Of a DNA stretch of 64,000 nt, positions 20,038 through 29,807 are shown piece by piece. The notes under the pieces are model-generated. The model was not told where the DNA came from and ran no database searches. It saw only the letters and a program-made list of their open reading frames with translations. The translations under genes were made by a program, and so were the position numbers. Within the stretch, counting starts at the first letter, position 1. Each line of letters starts with the position of its first letter. This stretch comes from Candidatus Poribacteria bacterium (lineage in GTDB: Bacteria; Poribacteria; WGA-4E; JAJDTR01): the NCBI GenBank assembly GCA_965222225.1, contig CBDCTK010000002.1, positions 1,472,001-1,536,000 on the forward strand, given 5' to 3'.

Positions 20038-23000
20038 TTGTCGATTGATATAGTTAAGGAGTCAATTGGGATCGTGAGGAGCAAAAAAGATATTCCTGTA
20101 GAAGAGAAATCCTATGCCGTCTTATTCTTTATTCTTTCTGCTTTGCTGGGCCTCGTTACGATTTGGGGGTTCTGGAATGAAGCGATTACAAGGCGACCAT
20201 GGAAAGGTATTCAGCAGGAATTCTATCAGTACGAATATGAAAAGACGAAAATCGCGTTGGAGCGAGCCAAAAAGAATCTACCCGAGATTTCAGAACCTAA
20301 GGCGCTAGACCGGAAGAAACTGAACGAACTGGAGAATGCGGTAGCGGACGCAAAAGTAAAACGTGAAGAAGCGCTGCAGGAACGCAAATTTATTCAGAGT
20401 GAATCCGACGCAATACATTACAAATATCAACATGCGCTGCATGAGGCCAAGGCTCACGAAGCCTCTGGTGAAAGTGAACATTCAGTCGAAAAATGGAAGA
20501 AGAAACTGGATGGACTCGAGTCAGCGATTGAAGGCCCATTGACTCAAGTTGTTATAACTGCAGAGCTTAAATTGTCAGAGACGTATCAAACCCATGCCCA
20601 ATTCTATGAAACGAGTGGTCACCTTGAAGACGCTTTGAGCACATACCTGCTTGCGGCAAAATATAATCCCGGTAACCCCGAGATTTCTGACAAGGTTCGT
20701 ACGGTTCGTGAGCGGGCCGAATCACTTGCAGCGGACACAGCAAAACATGATGAAGTGGCGCGGATTGAGGAGAAACTTCACTCACTGAAGGGAATCAAGA
20801 CCTTTTTGGGTAGTTTATTGGAGAGCCCATTTACAAAAACACGGACGATAGTCCAGTATTATATTGAGGATTTCGATCACACGGCAGATCGATGCGCCAC
20901 CTGTCACTTTGCGGTGGACGAAAGCGGCTATGACAGTCACGGTAAAGAGATCTTTGAGGAGATAGAGGGTGATGGAGAAAGCGAATTTTCTATTCAACTT
21001 GCGCACCCGTTGGTGAAAGTCGGTAGCGAAACCGTAGTAATTGACGAAGAAGAAGCTGAAGAAGACAGCTATGAATTAAGCGAGGAGGGTCAACTTACCT
21101 TTACTGATCCAGATATATTCGCCGATGTTATTGAGGTTGCGTATGAAACAGGTTACAATCCGTCGCTGCGGACACACCCTCACCTCGATGTGCTACTCGG
21201 CAGCCACCCGGCGGAAAGATTCGGATGTACTCCATGCCATGGCGGCCAGGGGCAAGCCCTAACGTCGAAAGCCGCGCACGCACTTACACACAATGAGTAT
21301 TGGCTAACTCCTGTGTTGGGCTTGGATGAACATACCGGCAGGTCGTCTCCTGTGCTCCGCGGCTATATGGAATCGAATTGCCGCCGGTGCCATGATGGAG
21401 TAATGATGTTGGATGCTGTTTCGCCGCAAACAGGCGAAACACGGGATTATGCGCCGAATCTTACTAAAGGCATGGCACTATTTGAGGATCTTGGGTGCCA
21501 TGGTTGTCATGCTGTTGACGGCTACTCTGCGCTTGACAACATAGATAAAGTTGGACCATCGTTAGCCAAAATTGGAAGCAAAGTGAAGGGAATTGAATGG
21601 CTTGGGAGTTGGGTCAAGAATCCGAGCGCCCATTTGGCTAACACCAAGATGCCGAGCTTCTTTCCAAATTCAAAGATGACTCAACTCGTTTATTTCAAGA
21701 ACGGGAACAAGCGCACAGGTGTGGTCACGAAAACTGAGGACGGGATTATTGTTCAAGGAGACGACGGCACAGAATTCGTATATAGCGACGATGCGGTGGA
21801 AAAGGTAGTTGACGAAGTGAAATCGATTGCCCAGTACCTTGTGCAGTTGCGTGATTCCGCGATTGAAGAGGTTAATGCCACATATTCGACTTCCCTGCGT
21901 GCAATTACTGCTGGCGAAGAAGTGGTTAAATCGGTTGGATGCCTGTCATGTCATTCGGTTGACGGTCTGGGGAGCGATTTCGCGCCGGAGTTGGACAACG
22001 TCGGGAGCAAGGTTACACCTAATTTCCTTCGACAGTGGATAAGCAATCCAAAATCTTACGATCCTGACACAGCCATGCCCAGCTTACGCTTGACAGAATT
22101 CGAAGTGGACAATGCGGTGGCGTACCTAATGTCGTTGAAAGGGGCGACGACCGTTGCTATGGCAGATAGCCAATATCAACATGCGCTGAGCGATCCTGCG
22201 GAAGGTGAAAAGCTGGTCAGGAGTTATGGTTGCTATGGTTGCCATAACATCCCCGGTATTGAGAACGAATCGAAGGTGGGGGCAGATCTAGGTGAGTTTG
22301 GAGCCAAGACTACTGAGGAGTTCGATTTTGGAGACGCTGTCGGCATTGAGCATAGTTGGCACGATTGGACAATTGGCAAAATCACGAATCCGAGACGCTA
22401 CCAAACGCGCCGAATTGTTTCACGCATGCCTGTGTTTCCAATTGGCGAGGAGGATGCACGAGCACTGGCGGTTTTGCTCAAGAGTTTCCAGCCTACACAA
22501 TACCCCTTCAACTACATTCACAAACCGAGTGAACTGACGCAGCAGATTGATACGGGCCGTCGATTGGCGAAGAAATATAACTGCACCGGATGCCATGAAA
22601 TCGAAGGTAAAGGCGGAACATATGTAGACATCATCGCAGCGCATGAAGGACTTGACCAAATTCAAGCAAAACAGTTCGCTCCACCGACGCTGCAAGCCCA
22701 AGGAGCAAAAGTCTATCCCGACTGGCTGTTTGAATTTTTAAAGAATCCCACTCCGATTCGGTACGGACTTAAAGTTCGGATGCCTACCTTTGGTCTGTCA
22801 GACAACGACGGGACAGCACTCGTGAAATACTTCTCATCGCTGTCCGATGAGCCGTTCCCGTATAAAACAATTGCTTTGGAACCGGCTACAAGTGCTGATT
22901 TGAGAGTGGGCAAGCGGATTTTTGATGCCCTTGAATGTATATCATGTCATCCGGAGCAGGGCGAAGTGATTCCATCCGGAAGCAACAAGACAGGGCGTCC

Positions 23001-23208
23001 CGATCTTGCCTTAGCCAAATCCCGTCTGAAATCGGACTGGATTATTGAATGGCTCAAAGATCCGCAATCTTTCCAACCGGGGACTGCGATGCCCCAAGCC
23101 TGGCCAAAGATTGGCGGTGAGTACCAGCCTGTCGAAGGCGTCGCGGGCGATGACGCGGAAAAACAGATTCGACTGGTCAGAGATTATCTTATCTCATTAG
23201 CCAAGTGA
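20038..23208 (+). CDS. Membrane-anchored octaheme cytochrome c of the bc complex
   Basis: N-terminal TM helix, coiled coil, eight CxxCH motifs (CATCH, CTPCH, CRRCH, CHGCH, CLSCH, CYGCH, CTGCH, CISCH). Start codon uncertain. Confidence 0.88.
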   Translation: MSIDIVKESIGIVRSKKDIPVEEKSYAVLFFILSALLGLVTIWGFWNEAITRRPWKGIQQEFYQYEYEKTKIALERAKKNLPEISEPKALDRKKLNELENAVADAKVKREEALQERKFIQSESDAIHYKYQHALHEAKAHEASGESEHSVEKWKKKLDGLESAIEGPLTQVVITAELKLSETYQTHAQFYETSGHLEDALSTYLLAAKYNPGNPEISDKVRTVRERAESLAADTAKHDEVARIEEKLHSLKGIKTFLGSLLESPFTKTRTIVQYYIEDFDHTADRCATCHFAVDESGYDSHGKEIFEEIEGDGESEFSIQLAHPLVKVGSETVVIDEEEAEEDSYELSEEGQLTFTDPDIFADVIEVAYETGYNPSLRTHPHLDVLLGSHPAERFGCTPCHGGQGQALTSKAAHALTHNEYWLTPVLGLDEHTGRSSPVLRGYMESNCRRCHDGVMMLDAVSPQTGETRDYAPNLTKGMALFEDLGCHGCHAVDGYSALDNIDKVGPSLAKIGSKVKGIEWLGSWVKNPSAHLANTKMPSFFPNSKMTQLVYFKNGNKRTGVVTKTEDGIIVQGDDGTEFVYSDDAVEKVVDEVKSIAQYLVQLRDSAIEEVNATYSTSLRAITAGEEVVKSVGCLSCHSVDGLGSDFAPELDNVGSKVTPNFLRQWISNPKSYDPDTAMPSLRLTEFEVDNAVAYLMSLKGATTVAMADSQYQHALSDPAEGEKLVRSYGCYGCHNIPGIENESKVGADLGEFGAKTTEEFDFGDAVGIEHSWHDWTIGKITNPRRYQTRRIVSRMPVFPIGEEDARALAVLLKSFQPTQYPFNYIHKPSELTQQIDTGRRLAKKYNCTGCHEIEGKGGTYVDIIAAHEGLDQIQAKQFAPPTLQAQGAKVYPDWLFEFLKNPTPIRYGLKVRMPTFGLSDNDGTALVKYFSSLSDEPFPYKTIALEPATSADLRVGKRIFDALECISCHPEQGEVIPSGSNKTGRPDLALAKSRLKSDWIIEWLKDPQSFQPGTAMPQAWPKIGGEYQPVEGVAGDDAEKQIRLVRDYLISLAK

Positions 23209-23221
23209 TTCTGGAGTAACC

Positions 23222-23593
23222 ATGCGACATCTACTAATCATCATTGGGATGGTTGCAGTTAGCATGAGTTGGTTGATTTGGCTCTGTCGTGTGGTAGATC
23301 CAAGTACCCGTTACGGCTCGAAAGTCGAGTATAATTACGCAAGGTATTGTGCAGGATGTCATGGAGCGAACGGCGAAGGCAACGGCCGAATCGGAAGATT
23401 CAAAAAGCTAGACCCCGCAAATCTGACGGAAGCTGATTTCTGGGTTAGCCGAAGCGACGAACAACTTATCCATAGTATTGATGCCGGCAAAAACGACATG
23501 CCGGCATTTTTTTATTATTTAACCCTTGAGGAAGAGAAGGAACTTCTCACTTTCATCAAAGAACACTTCCGTCCCGAGCTGACTCGCGATTGA
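23222..23593 (+). CDS. Small monoheme cytochrome c (c6-like)
   Basis: CAGCH, MPAF axial Met, N-terminal hydrophobic segment. Confidence 0.85.
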   Translation: MRHLLIIIGMVAVSMSWLIWLCRVVDPSTRYGSKVEYNYARYCAGCHGANGEGNGRIGRFKKLDPANLTEADFWVSRSDEQLIHSIDAGKNDMPAFFYYLTLEEEKELLTFIKEHFRPELTRD

Positions 23594-23862
23594 ACAACCA
23601 TTACACATTGGAAAATCTCAACAATCGGAAACCGTTTTGGACAGGTTGTCAAGCTGGCGCGATCGGAAGTATTGTCTGCGATCCAAAGATACTGATTTTC
23701 AAGGACGAGGAATTGAAATTTTCACGTAGGGCTTTATTCTGGTATGTTTTCAGCGTATGCTGAATAACGCTTGGTCAGGTTTCAATTGGCGAATGTCTGC
23801 CTCAATCGTTCGATTTATGAACCATCCGCAATTCCCTCGTTTGATTTAGAGGAGGTAGAGCA

Positions 23863-24069
23863 ATGAGACAAGTGGTTGTTTATCCGGGTGAAGATGGTTA
23901 CTGGGTTGCTGAGTGTCATAGCTTGCTCGGTTGCATTAGTCAAGGGAAAACAAAGCAAGAAGCTATCGCGAATATTAAAGAAGCAATTGAAGGATACATT
24001 GTTTCTCTTGAGGAAGATGGACTTCCAGTTCCCGAAGAACACTTTGCGGCGTTGCTAGTAGCTGTATGA
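23863..24069 (+). CDS. hicB: HicB-family antitoxin (short type)
   Basis: GYWVAEC.SL.GCISQGKT..EA..NIKEAI; GGAGG RBS. Confidence 0.88.
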   Translation: MRQVVVYPGEDGYWVAECHSLLGCISQGKTKQEAIANIKEAIEGYIVSLEEDGLPVPEEHFAALLVAV

Positions 24070-24287
24070 GCAGATTGCCGAGGATTTCAGGGAGGGATTG
24101 CGCCAAAGTACTTAATAAGATTGGGGTCTACCAGAGGCGGCAGCATGGAGGGCACCTGAATCTGCGTCGAGGCAATCCGTTTGCTCAGGTAGTGGTTCCC
24201 AACCATAAAGAATTAGATAGAGGCACCTTGCGAAGCATCATCAGAGGTGCAGGAATTGGAGTAGACGAGTTTCTGAGGTTATTGTGA
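24066..24287 (+). CDS. hicA: HicA-family toxin
   Basis: LPRISG, RQHGGH, VVVPNHKELDRGTLRSIIR; ATGA overlap with hicB. Confidence 0.88.
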   Translation: MSRLPRISGRDCAKVLNKIGVYQRRQHGGHLNLRRGNPFAQVVVPNHKELDRGTLRSIIRGAGIGVDEFLRLL

Positions 24288-24417
24288 AGGCTGCATTCAC
24301 TCAAGATGTGTTTTTCAGGCATCAAGGAACTAAACTCGTATGCTATCTCTTCTTTTCTAGCTCAATACCGACAGGTTCAACGCGATCATCAGAGGAATCG
24401 CGAAATTCGCGATTGTA

Positions 24418-25575
24418 TTGGCGATTGCTAGTCTGATTATAGGATTCTCCGCCTGCGACGAATTGGCTTCGATTTTATCCAGCGGCGCGATATCCCGGAT
24501 GGACGGAGATATTCCTCAACTGGATGGTCTGGTAGGAGAGATACCGATTGGTCTTGTCCTGCCGCTGACAGGTTCTCTCACCTTGACTGACCTATCAATG
24601 AGAAATGCATCTGACCTAGCTCTTCACGAGATTAATAGCGCACAACATGGTGACGCAAGGATTAAGTTCCTACTTGAGGACGATCGCAGTACCGTAGAGG
24701 GGGCAATTGAAGCTTACAATAAACTCAATAGTCAAAACGGCATGTCGGCAATCTTAGGTCCTACGACCTCATCTGCGACAAAAGAGGTTTTTCCCATCGC
24801 GCAACGCCATAAAACCGTGGCAATTAGCCAGACGTCCGCCGCACAGGGCCTCAGCGCCCTTGGCGATTTTGTCCTTCGTGCAGGCCTCACGGTTGACAAA
24901 CTTGTGCCGCACGGGATCCAGATGACCCAACAGAAACTGGGTTATCAACGTGTTGCTACAATAGCTGACTCAGTTGACCTCTTCTCCCGGAGCAGCCAAG
25001 CAGTTCTTGTTGATTCGCTCAAGGCGAACGATGTCGAGGTTTTGGTAGCAGAGACCTTCGAAACCGGTGAGACAAACTTTACGGAGCAATTAACTCGCGT
25101 CAAGGAATCTGATCCCGACGCTATCCTTATTTCGGCTCTGTCACCGGAAATAACCGCAATTCTCATTCAAGGCAGGCAGCTTGGATTTCCGTCGATGTTC
25201 CTTTCATTGTTACCGTTACCCTGACATCGGAACAGATACAACTCCGAGCGATGCCGCCGAGGGCGCCATTTCATTCACAAGTTGGATTGGCACGGCTAAC
25301 GCCCCTGGCAATCATGCCTTTGTGCAGAACTACTGCGATAAATATGGGATGCAACCGAGTCATTCGCGGCACAGGCGTATGCCGCCGTCTATATTCTGGT
25401 TGAAGCGATTCCGAAAGCCCAATCAACCGATTCAACGGCAATCCGGGACGAGCTGGCTAAAATCAAAAATCTCGACACTGTTCTAGGAAAATTCGCTTTT
25501 GATGCCGGCGGAGGCACAGTTTATGCACCGACTGTACTCATCGTCAAGAACGGTCAACTTGAGATTTTCGAGTGA
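24418..25575 (+). pseudogene. Branched-chain amino acid ABC substrate-binding lipoprotein, frameshifted
   Basis: IGLVLPLTG, ILGPTTS, FETGETNF. The C-terminal third is spread over several frames down to ...VKNGQLEIFE stop at 25575. Confidence 0.75.
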
Positions 25576-25617
25576 ACGTCAGATTCACTCGGGATTACTA
25601 AACCGAATTATATATGA

Positions 25618-25781
25618 TAGAACTTACGCAGTAACAGGAGACCTACGGTAGGCTGGGCATCTTGTCTTGCCACGCATGGGCGGTCGCGACCGGGAGATCG
25701 CTCCTACAGGGATTGTAGCGTCGAAACGGGAAATAGATTACGTTACAGCGAATCTCTAAGCCTTCAAATGCGTAAGTCCTT
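25618..25781. mobile_element. Non-autonomous MITE-like element with IS701-like ends
   Basis: TAGAACTTACGCA (25618-25630) ... TGCGTAAGTCCTT (25769-25781), 11/13 inverted match. Ends resemble the IS701 IR TAGGAGTTACGCA at 3718. Confidence 0.6.
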
Positions 25782-25849
25782 TATGAGTTTTGCTGCGGCA
25801 ATGACGTATTCATTAGACACTTATGCAGACCTGACGCTGGCTCATCCAG

Positions 25850-25912
25850 TCACGGATATCCGTGAGGTTGATTCTTTAATTCTTGATTCTCTTTTTCGTG
25901 CCGTGCTATCAT
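25850..25912 (+). promoter_or_regulatory. Second palindromic operator TCACGGATATCCGTGA plus promoter of the bd-like module
   Basis: Palindrome at 25850-25865; TTGATT(25883)-18 bp-TATCAT(25907) with extended TG. Same 17-bp gap to -35 as the first copy. Confidence 0.72.
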
Positions 25913-25982
25913 AATCTCAATCTGTAAAAACTTATTTTGCTCTCGTTACTTAAATAAAAATGAAGAAAGGACAATTAAACTC

Positions 25983-26747
25983 ATGAAAACCGTAATGCGG
26001 CTGACAACACTAAGTCTCTTAATCTTCGCGGCAGGTTTCGCATACGCCGCAACCATCACCGGAACTGTTATGTATGATGGAGATGCGCCCGCACGCCCAA
26101 TGCTATCGGCAACCAAGGATCAGCACTGTATTGACGCTCTGGAGAGCGCCAAATCTGAAGTTCTAGTCGTTTCCAAGGGAAAAGGGATTAAGAACGTAGT
26201 TGTTTATCTGCGTGCTCGTGGGGCGACACCGACAACTCCGGCCAGGAATCCGGTCATGGATCAAAAAGATTGCCTCTATGCGCCTCATGTTCTGGTTGTC
26301 ACCGCGGGCACTACAGTCGATGTGAAATCCAGTGATCCGGTGGCGCACAACGTTCATTCTCACGCAACTAAAAACGAGGCACCGAATTGGCAGATACCTG
26401 GTCCCGGGAAAGCTTTACCTTTGAAATTAGAAAAGCGTGAAGCCATTAAGTTCACATGTGACATTCACAACTGGATGACGGGATATATTTTCGTGGTTGA
26501 CAATGACTACCATGCCGTGACAGGGTACCAAGACGGTAAGGGCAAATGGGTTAGCTCCGACAGTTATGAAGCTTCAAGCGATAACGGCGCTTACACAATC
26601 AAAGACGTTCCTGCAGGCAAATATCGAATCCAAGCATGGCACGAGGAACTTGGTACCACAAAAGCCAAAGTTGTCGAAGTTGCCGCGAGCGGAGAACTCA
26701 ATGTCAACTTTACAAGCGCCGATTTCAAGAAAAAAAGTGCAAAGTAA
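25983..26747 (+). CDS. Secreted cupredoxin-like / carboxypeptidase-regulatory-like domain protein (paralog 1)
   Basis: Signal peptide, MDQKDC.YAPHV, HNVH, CDIHNWM (type-1 Cu-like ligand set), VPAGKYRIQAWHE. Confidence 0.75.
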   Translation: MKTVMRLTTLSLLIFAAGFAYAATITGTVMYDGDAPARPMLSATKDQHCIDALESAKSEVLVVSKGKGIKNVVVYLRARGATPTTPARNPVMDQKDCLYAPHVLVVTAGTTVDVKSSDPVAHNVHSHATKNEAPNWQIPGPGKALPLKLEKREAIKFTCDIHNWMTGYIFVVDNDYHAVTGYQDGKGKWVSSDSYEASSDNGAYTIKDVPAGKYRIQAWHEELGTTKAKVVEVAASGELNVNFTSADFKKKSAK

Positions 26748-26823
26748 CTATTGAGACATCGCCGTAACGAAATGCAGTCGCTTGTCCTTCGTTCGACCAT
26801 TTCGATTGCGAGACACCAACATT

Positions 26824-28641
26824 ATGCGTTTCATATCCACCGACTCCAAACACAGGTCGTATTTTTATCTCGGGCTGCTTGTAATATATCTAATCTTAGC
26901 GATTGCGCCTGCCTTTGCGCAGCAGGATGCGACCGACTTGGAGTACCGGCCCTTTCCGAAGATTGGTAGTCGCAGCGCCGCCTGGATCGCCGCCCAACTT
27001 CACCTGCTATTCGGATCCTTCATCCTAGGAGTGCCGATGTTCGCTGTCGTCATTGAGTTTGTCGGCATGAAGACGAAGGACAAGCGTTACGACAAGATGG
27101 CGCAGGAGTTCATCAAACTGTGCATGGGAGCGTTCTCGACAACTGCCCTGATGGGCGGTGTGTTGGTCTTCGTTCTCATCTGGTGCTATCCCAGAGTGAT
27201 GAACAAGATGACAGGGATCTTCGGCCCAACGATGATTTTCTATGTCTTCCTGTTTTTTGGAGAAACCTTCACGCTCTATCTTTACTCTTATGGGTGGGAT
27301 CGAATGCAAGGAAAGGTGTCGAAGATGTGGCACCTGTTTTTGGGTGTGCTTCTAAACGTTTTCGGTACCGCGATTATGTTCGTCTCTAATGCGTGGCTGA
27401 CATACCAAACCAGCCCGGCGATTATGGGGCCCAAACCTGATCACAAGGCGATTTCACTTCATGACGAAGAAACAGGCGAATTCATCGGCACGCTGTGGCA
27501 AGCGGTCAATAACTATACTTGGATGCCCGTCAACATACACCGTCTGATCGGGAACGTGGCTTTCGGCGGCGCAATCGTCGGCGCGTATGCCGCTTTTCGC
27601 TTTCTGGTTGCCAAGACGAAAGAAGACAAGGCGCACTACGATTGGATGGGATATACCGGCAACTTTATCGCACTGTGCGGACTGATTCCACTACCATTCG
27701 CCGGATACTGGTTGGGGCGCGAGATTTATATGTTCAACGTGACGATGGGCATTAATATGATGGGGAGCCTCTTTTCGTGGTTGTTCATCATTCAGGCGGT
27801 GATGATTGGCGTGCTGTTTATCGGTGCGAACTACTATCTCTGGTCAGGCATGACACGCATCAAGGGTGGGGAAATTTATACGCGCTATCGGCCCTATATG
27901 ATCGCAATTATAGTTATCTGCGTGGCGATCTGGATGACGCCGCGCATGTTAATCACGACGCCGGGAGAACAGGCGGCAATGGGTGGACCGTACCACCCGC
28001 TCGTTGGGTTTTTCGGCTTGATGACAGCGAAGAACACGGTTGTCAATATTATCATCTTGACCACTTTCCTCAGCTTCCTCTTTTACCGCCGATCCGGAAA
28101 AGCAACGACGGTGGGTTGGAGTAAAGGGGGCAATATCATTATCGCGGTTATCTTTGGACTTGCGGTCGCAGGGATTATCACTATCGGTCTGGCAGGATTT
28201 AAAGTCGACAGTGACTTGCGCGTTAATGTTCTAACACCGGTTCAAGTGTTGATTGCGTTAGCCGTCATGATTTTAGTAACTGTAATAGACCTGACCATGT
28301 ATCGGAAGGCAATGAGTTCAAGCGATATCAAATGGGGACAGATGACCGACCGCTCACAGTACGTGCTAATACTGCTTGCTATCACCTTTACTTCCTTGAT
28401 GGGATTGATGGGCTACGCGCGATCTGGCCTTCGCGAAAATTGGCACATTTTTGGCGTGATGCCCGACACTTCACCAGATTCATTCACGCCGATGTTAGCC
28501 GATGCCGTCAATGTAATTGCTGTTATTATGGTGATTTTCTTCGCTCTCGTAGGCTTCATATTCTGGATCGGATTGTGGGGTGACAAGAAAAAAGTGGCGC
28601 ACGCCCCTGTTTCAACGGAAGTTGGTACAGGTGACGATTAA
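26824..28641 (+). CDS. Cytochrome bd-like oxidase subunit I homolog (Nitrospira/OR-N-like), no cydB in window
   Basis: AQLHLLFGSFILGVP, GETFTLYLY, NIHRLIGN, MGYARSGLRENW (GRQPW-equivalent); many TM helices. Confidence 0.8.
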   Translation: MRFISTDSKHRSYFYLGLLVIYLILAIAPAFAQQDATDLEYRPFPKIGSRSAAWIAAQLHLLFGSFILGVPMFAVVIEFVGMKTKDKRYDKMAQEFIKLCMGAFSTTALMGGVLVFVLIWCYPRVMNKMTGIFGPTMIFYVFLFFGETFTLYLYSYGWDRMQGKVSKMWHLFLGVLLNVFGTAIMFVSNAWLTYQTSPAIMGPKPDHKAISLHDEETGEFIGTLWQAVNNYTWMPVNIHRLIGNVAFGGAIVGAYAAFRFLVAKTKEDKAHYDWMGYTGNFIALCGLIPLPFAGYWLGREIYMFNVTMGINMMGSLFSWLFIIQAVMIGVLFIGANYYLWSGMTRIKGGEIYTRYRPYMIAIIVICVAIWMTPRMLITTPGEQAAMGGPYHPLVGFFGLMTAKNTVVNIIILTTFLSFLFYRRSGKATTVGWSKGGNIIIAVIFGLAVAGIITIGLAGFKVDSDLRVNVLTPVQVLIALAVMILVTVIDLTMYRKAMSSSDIKWGQMTDRSQYVLILLAITFTSLMGLMGYARSGLRENWHIFGVMPDTSPDSFTPMLADAVNVIAVIMVIFFALVGFIFWIGLWGDKKKVAHAPVSTEVGTGDD

Positions 28642-28652
28642 GGCGAAATGTC

Positions 28653-29771
28653 ATGCTAAATCGTGAAAGACTTCAACGCGCTCAAGCGCGTATGCGGCAG
28701 CAGCAGATTGACGCATATCTTATTCTGACACACGATGATTACATCTATTTCTTCGGGGAGGACCGCTATCAGCCGCGTGCGATTATTCTCGCACAGGGAC
28801 CTCCTATCGTAGTTACGTTTGTCGGAGAGGAAGAAGAGGTCAAAGCCTCTTTAGGAGTGGAAGATGTCAGAATCTTCGGCTCCGTCGGGCAACAGATTAA
28901 GGATGTCGTTCAAGTAATGCGCCAAATGGCAGGCGGGAAGGAGACGATAACAGTTGGCGTACAAATGTGGTTTTCCACGCCAGCCTTTCTGTTGAATCTA
29001 TTTCAGAAAGCCAATCCGCAGGTCAAGGTCGTAAACATCGCATCTGTGATGGATGAACTCCGCATGGTGAAAGATGAATCTGAGGTAGCGCTCATGCGTC
29101 GCGCCGGAGAAATCGCCGCCATCGGCATGAGAACGGCAGTAGATACACTTAAACCGGGTGTAACAGAAAACCAAGCCGCTGGCGAAATAGAATACGCGAT
29201 GCGGAGAGCTGGGGGACACGGCACCGCAACGCCAGTTTTTGTCAACTCCGGCATTCGTTCCGGTTGGTTGCACGGCACTGCGACAGATAAGCCAATCGAA
29301 GAAGGGGATTTGGTCGTAATTGACTTGGTGCCGCGCTACAAAGGATACTGTGCCAACCTCTGTCGCACGTTTATCGTGGGCGATCCGACGACGAAACAGC
29401 AAGAAATATTCAATACCTATAGAGATGCCCAAGCTGCCGGATTACAAGCATTAAAACCGGGGGCACGGATTCGAGATATTGATACAGCCGCCAAGAAGGT
29501 CTTCGACGACGCGGGTTATGGCGAGTTCTATGTGTCGGGCATGAGCCATAGCATCGGGCTAGGTTTTGAAGAATCACCAGCGCCGACCATTCACCCCGGT
29601 GATTCTGGCCTCCAAATTTGCGAAGGCATGACGGTGACAGTTGGCCACCCCGTACTGTCGGTCCCCGGTACAGGGGGGGCGCGGTTGGAGGACACGTTCC
29701 ACGTTATGTCATACGCGACTAAGCCCATAACAAATTTTCCGTCGGAGTTGGGGTTGTCCAACGCATCTTAG
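28653..29771 (+). CDS. M24 Xaa-Pro peptidase family protein
   Basis: LRMVKDESE, GDLVVID, HSIGL, GGARLED; some metal ligands look substituted. Confidence 0.85.
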   Translation: MLNRERLQRAQARMRQQQIDAYLILTHDDYIYFFGEDRYQPRAIILAQGPPIVVTFVGEEEEVKASLGVEDVRIFGSVGQQIKDVVQVMRQMAGGKETITVGVQMWFSTPAFLLNLFQKANPQVKVVNIASVMDELRMVKDESEVALMRRAGEIAAIGMRTAVDTLKPGVTENQAAGEIEYAMRRAGGHGTATPVFVNSGIRSGWLHGTATDKPIEEGDLVVIDLVPRYKGYCANLCRTFIVGDPTTKQQEIFNTYRDAQAAGLQALKPGARIRDIDTAAKKVFDDAGYGEFYVSGMSHSIGLGFEESPAPTIHPGDSGLQICEGMTVTVGHPVLSVPGTGGARLEDTFHVMSYATKPITNFPSELGLSNAS

Positions 29772-29807
29772 CTATTCCGTTGAGAGCCAAGAAATAGGAA
29801 CTAACTG

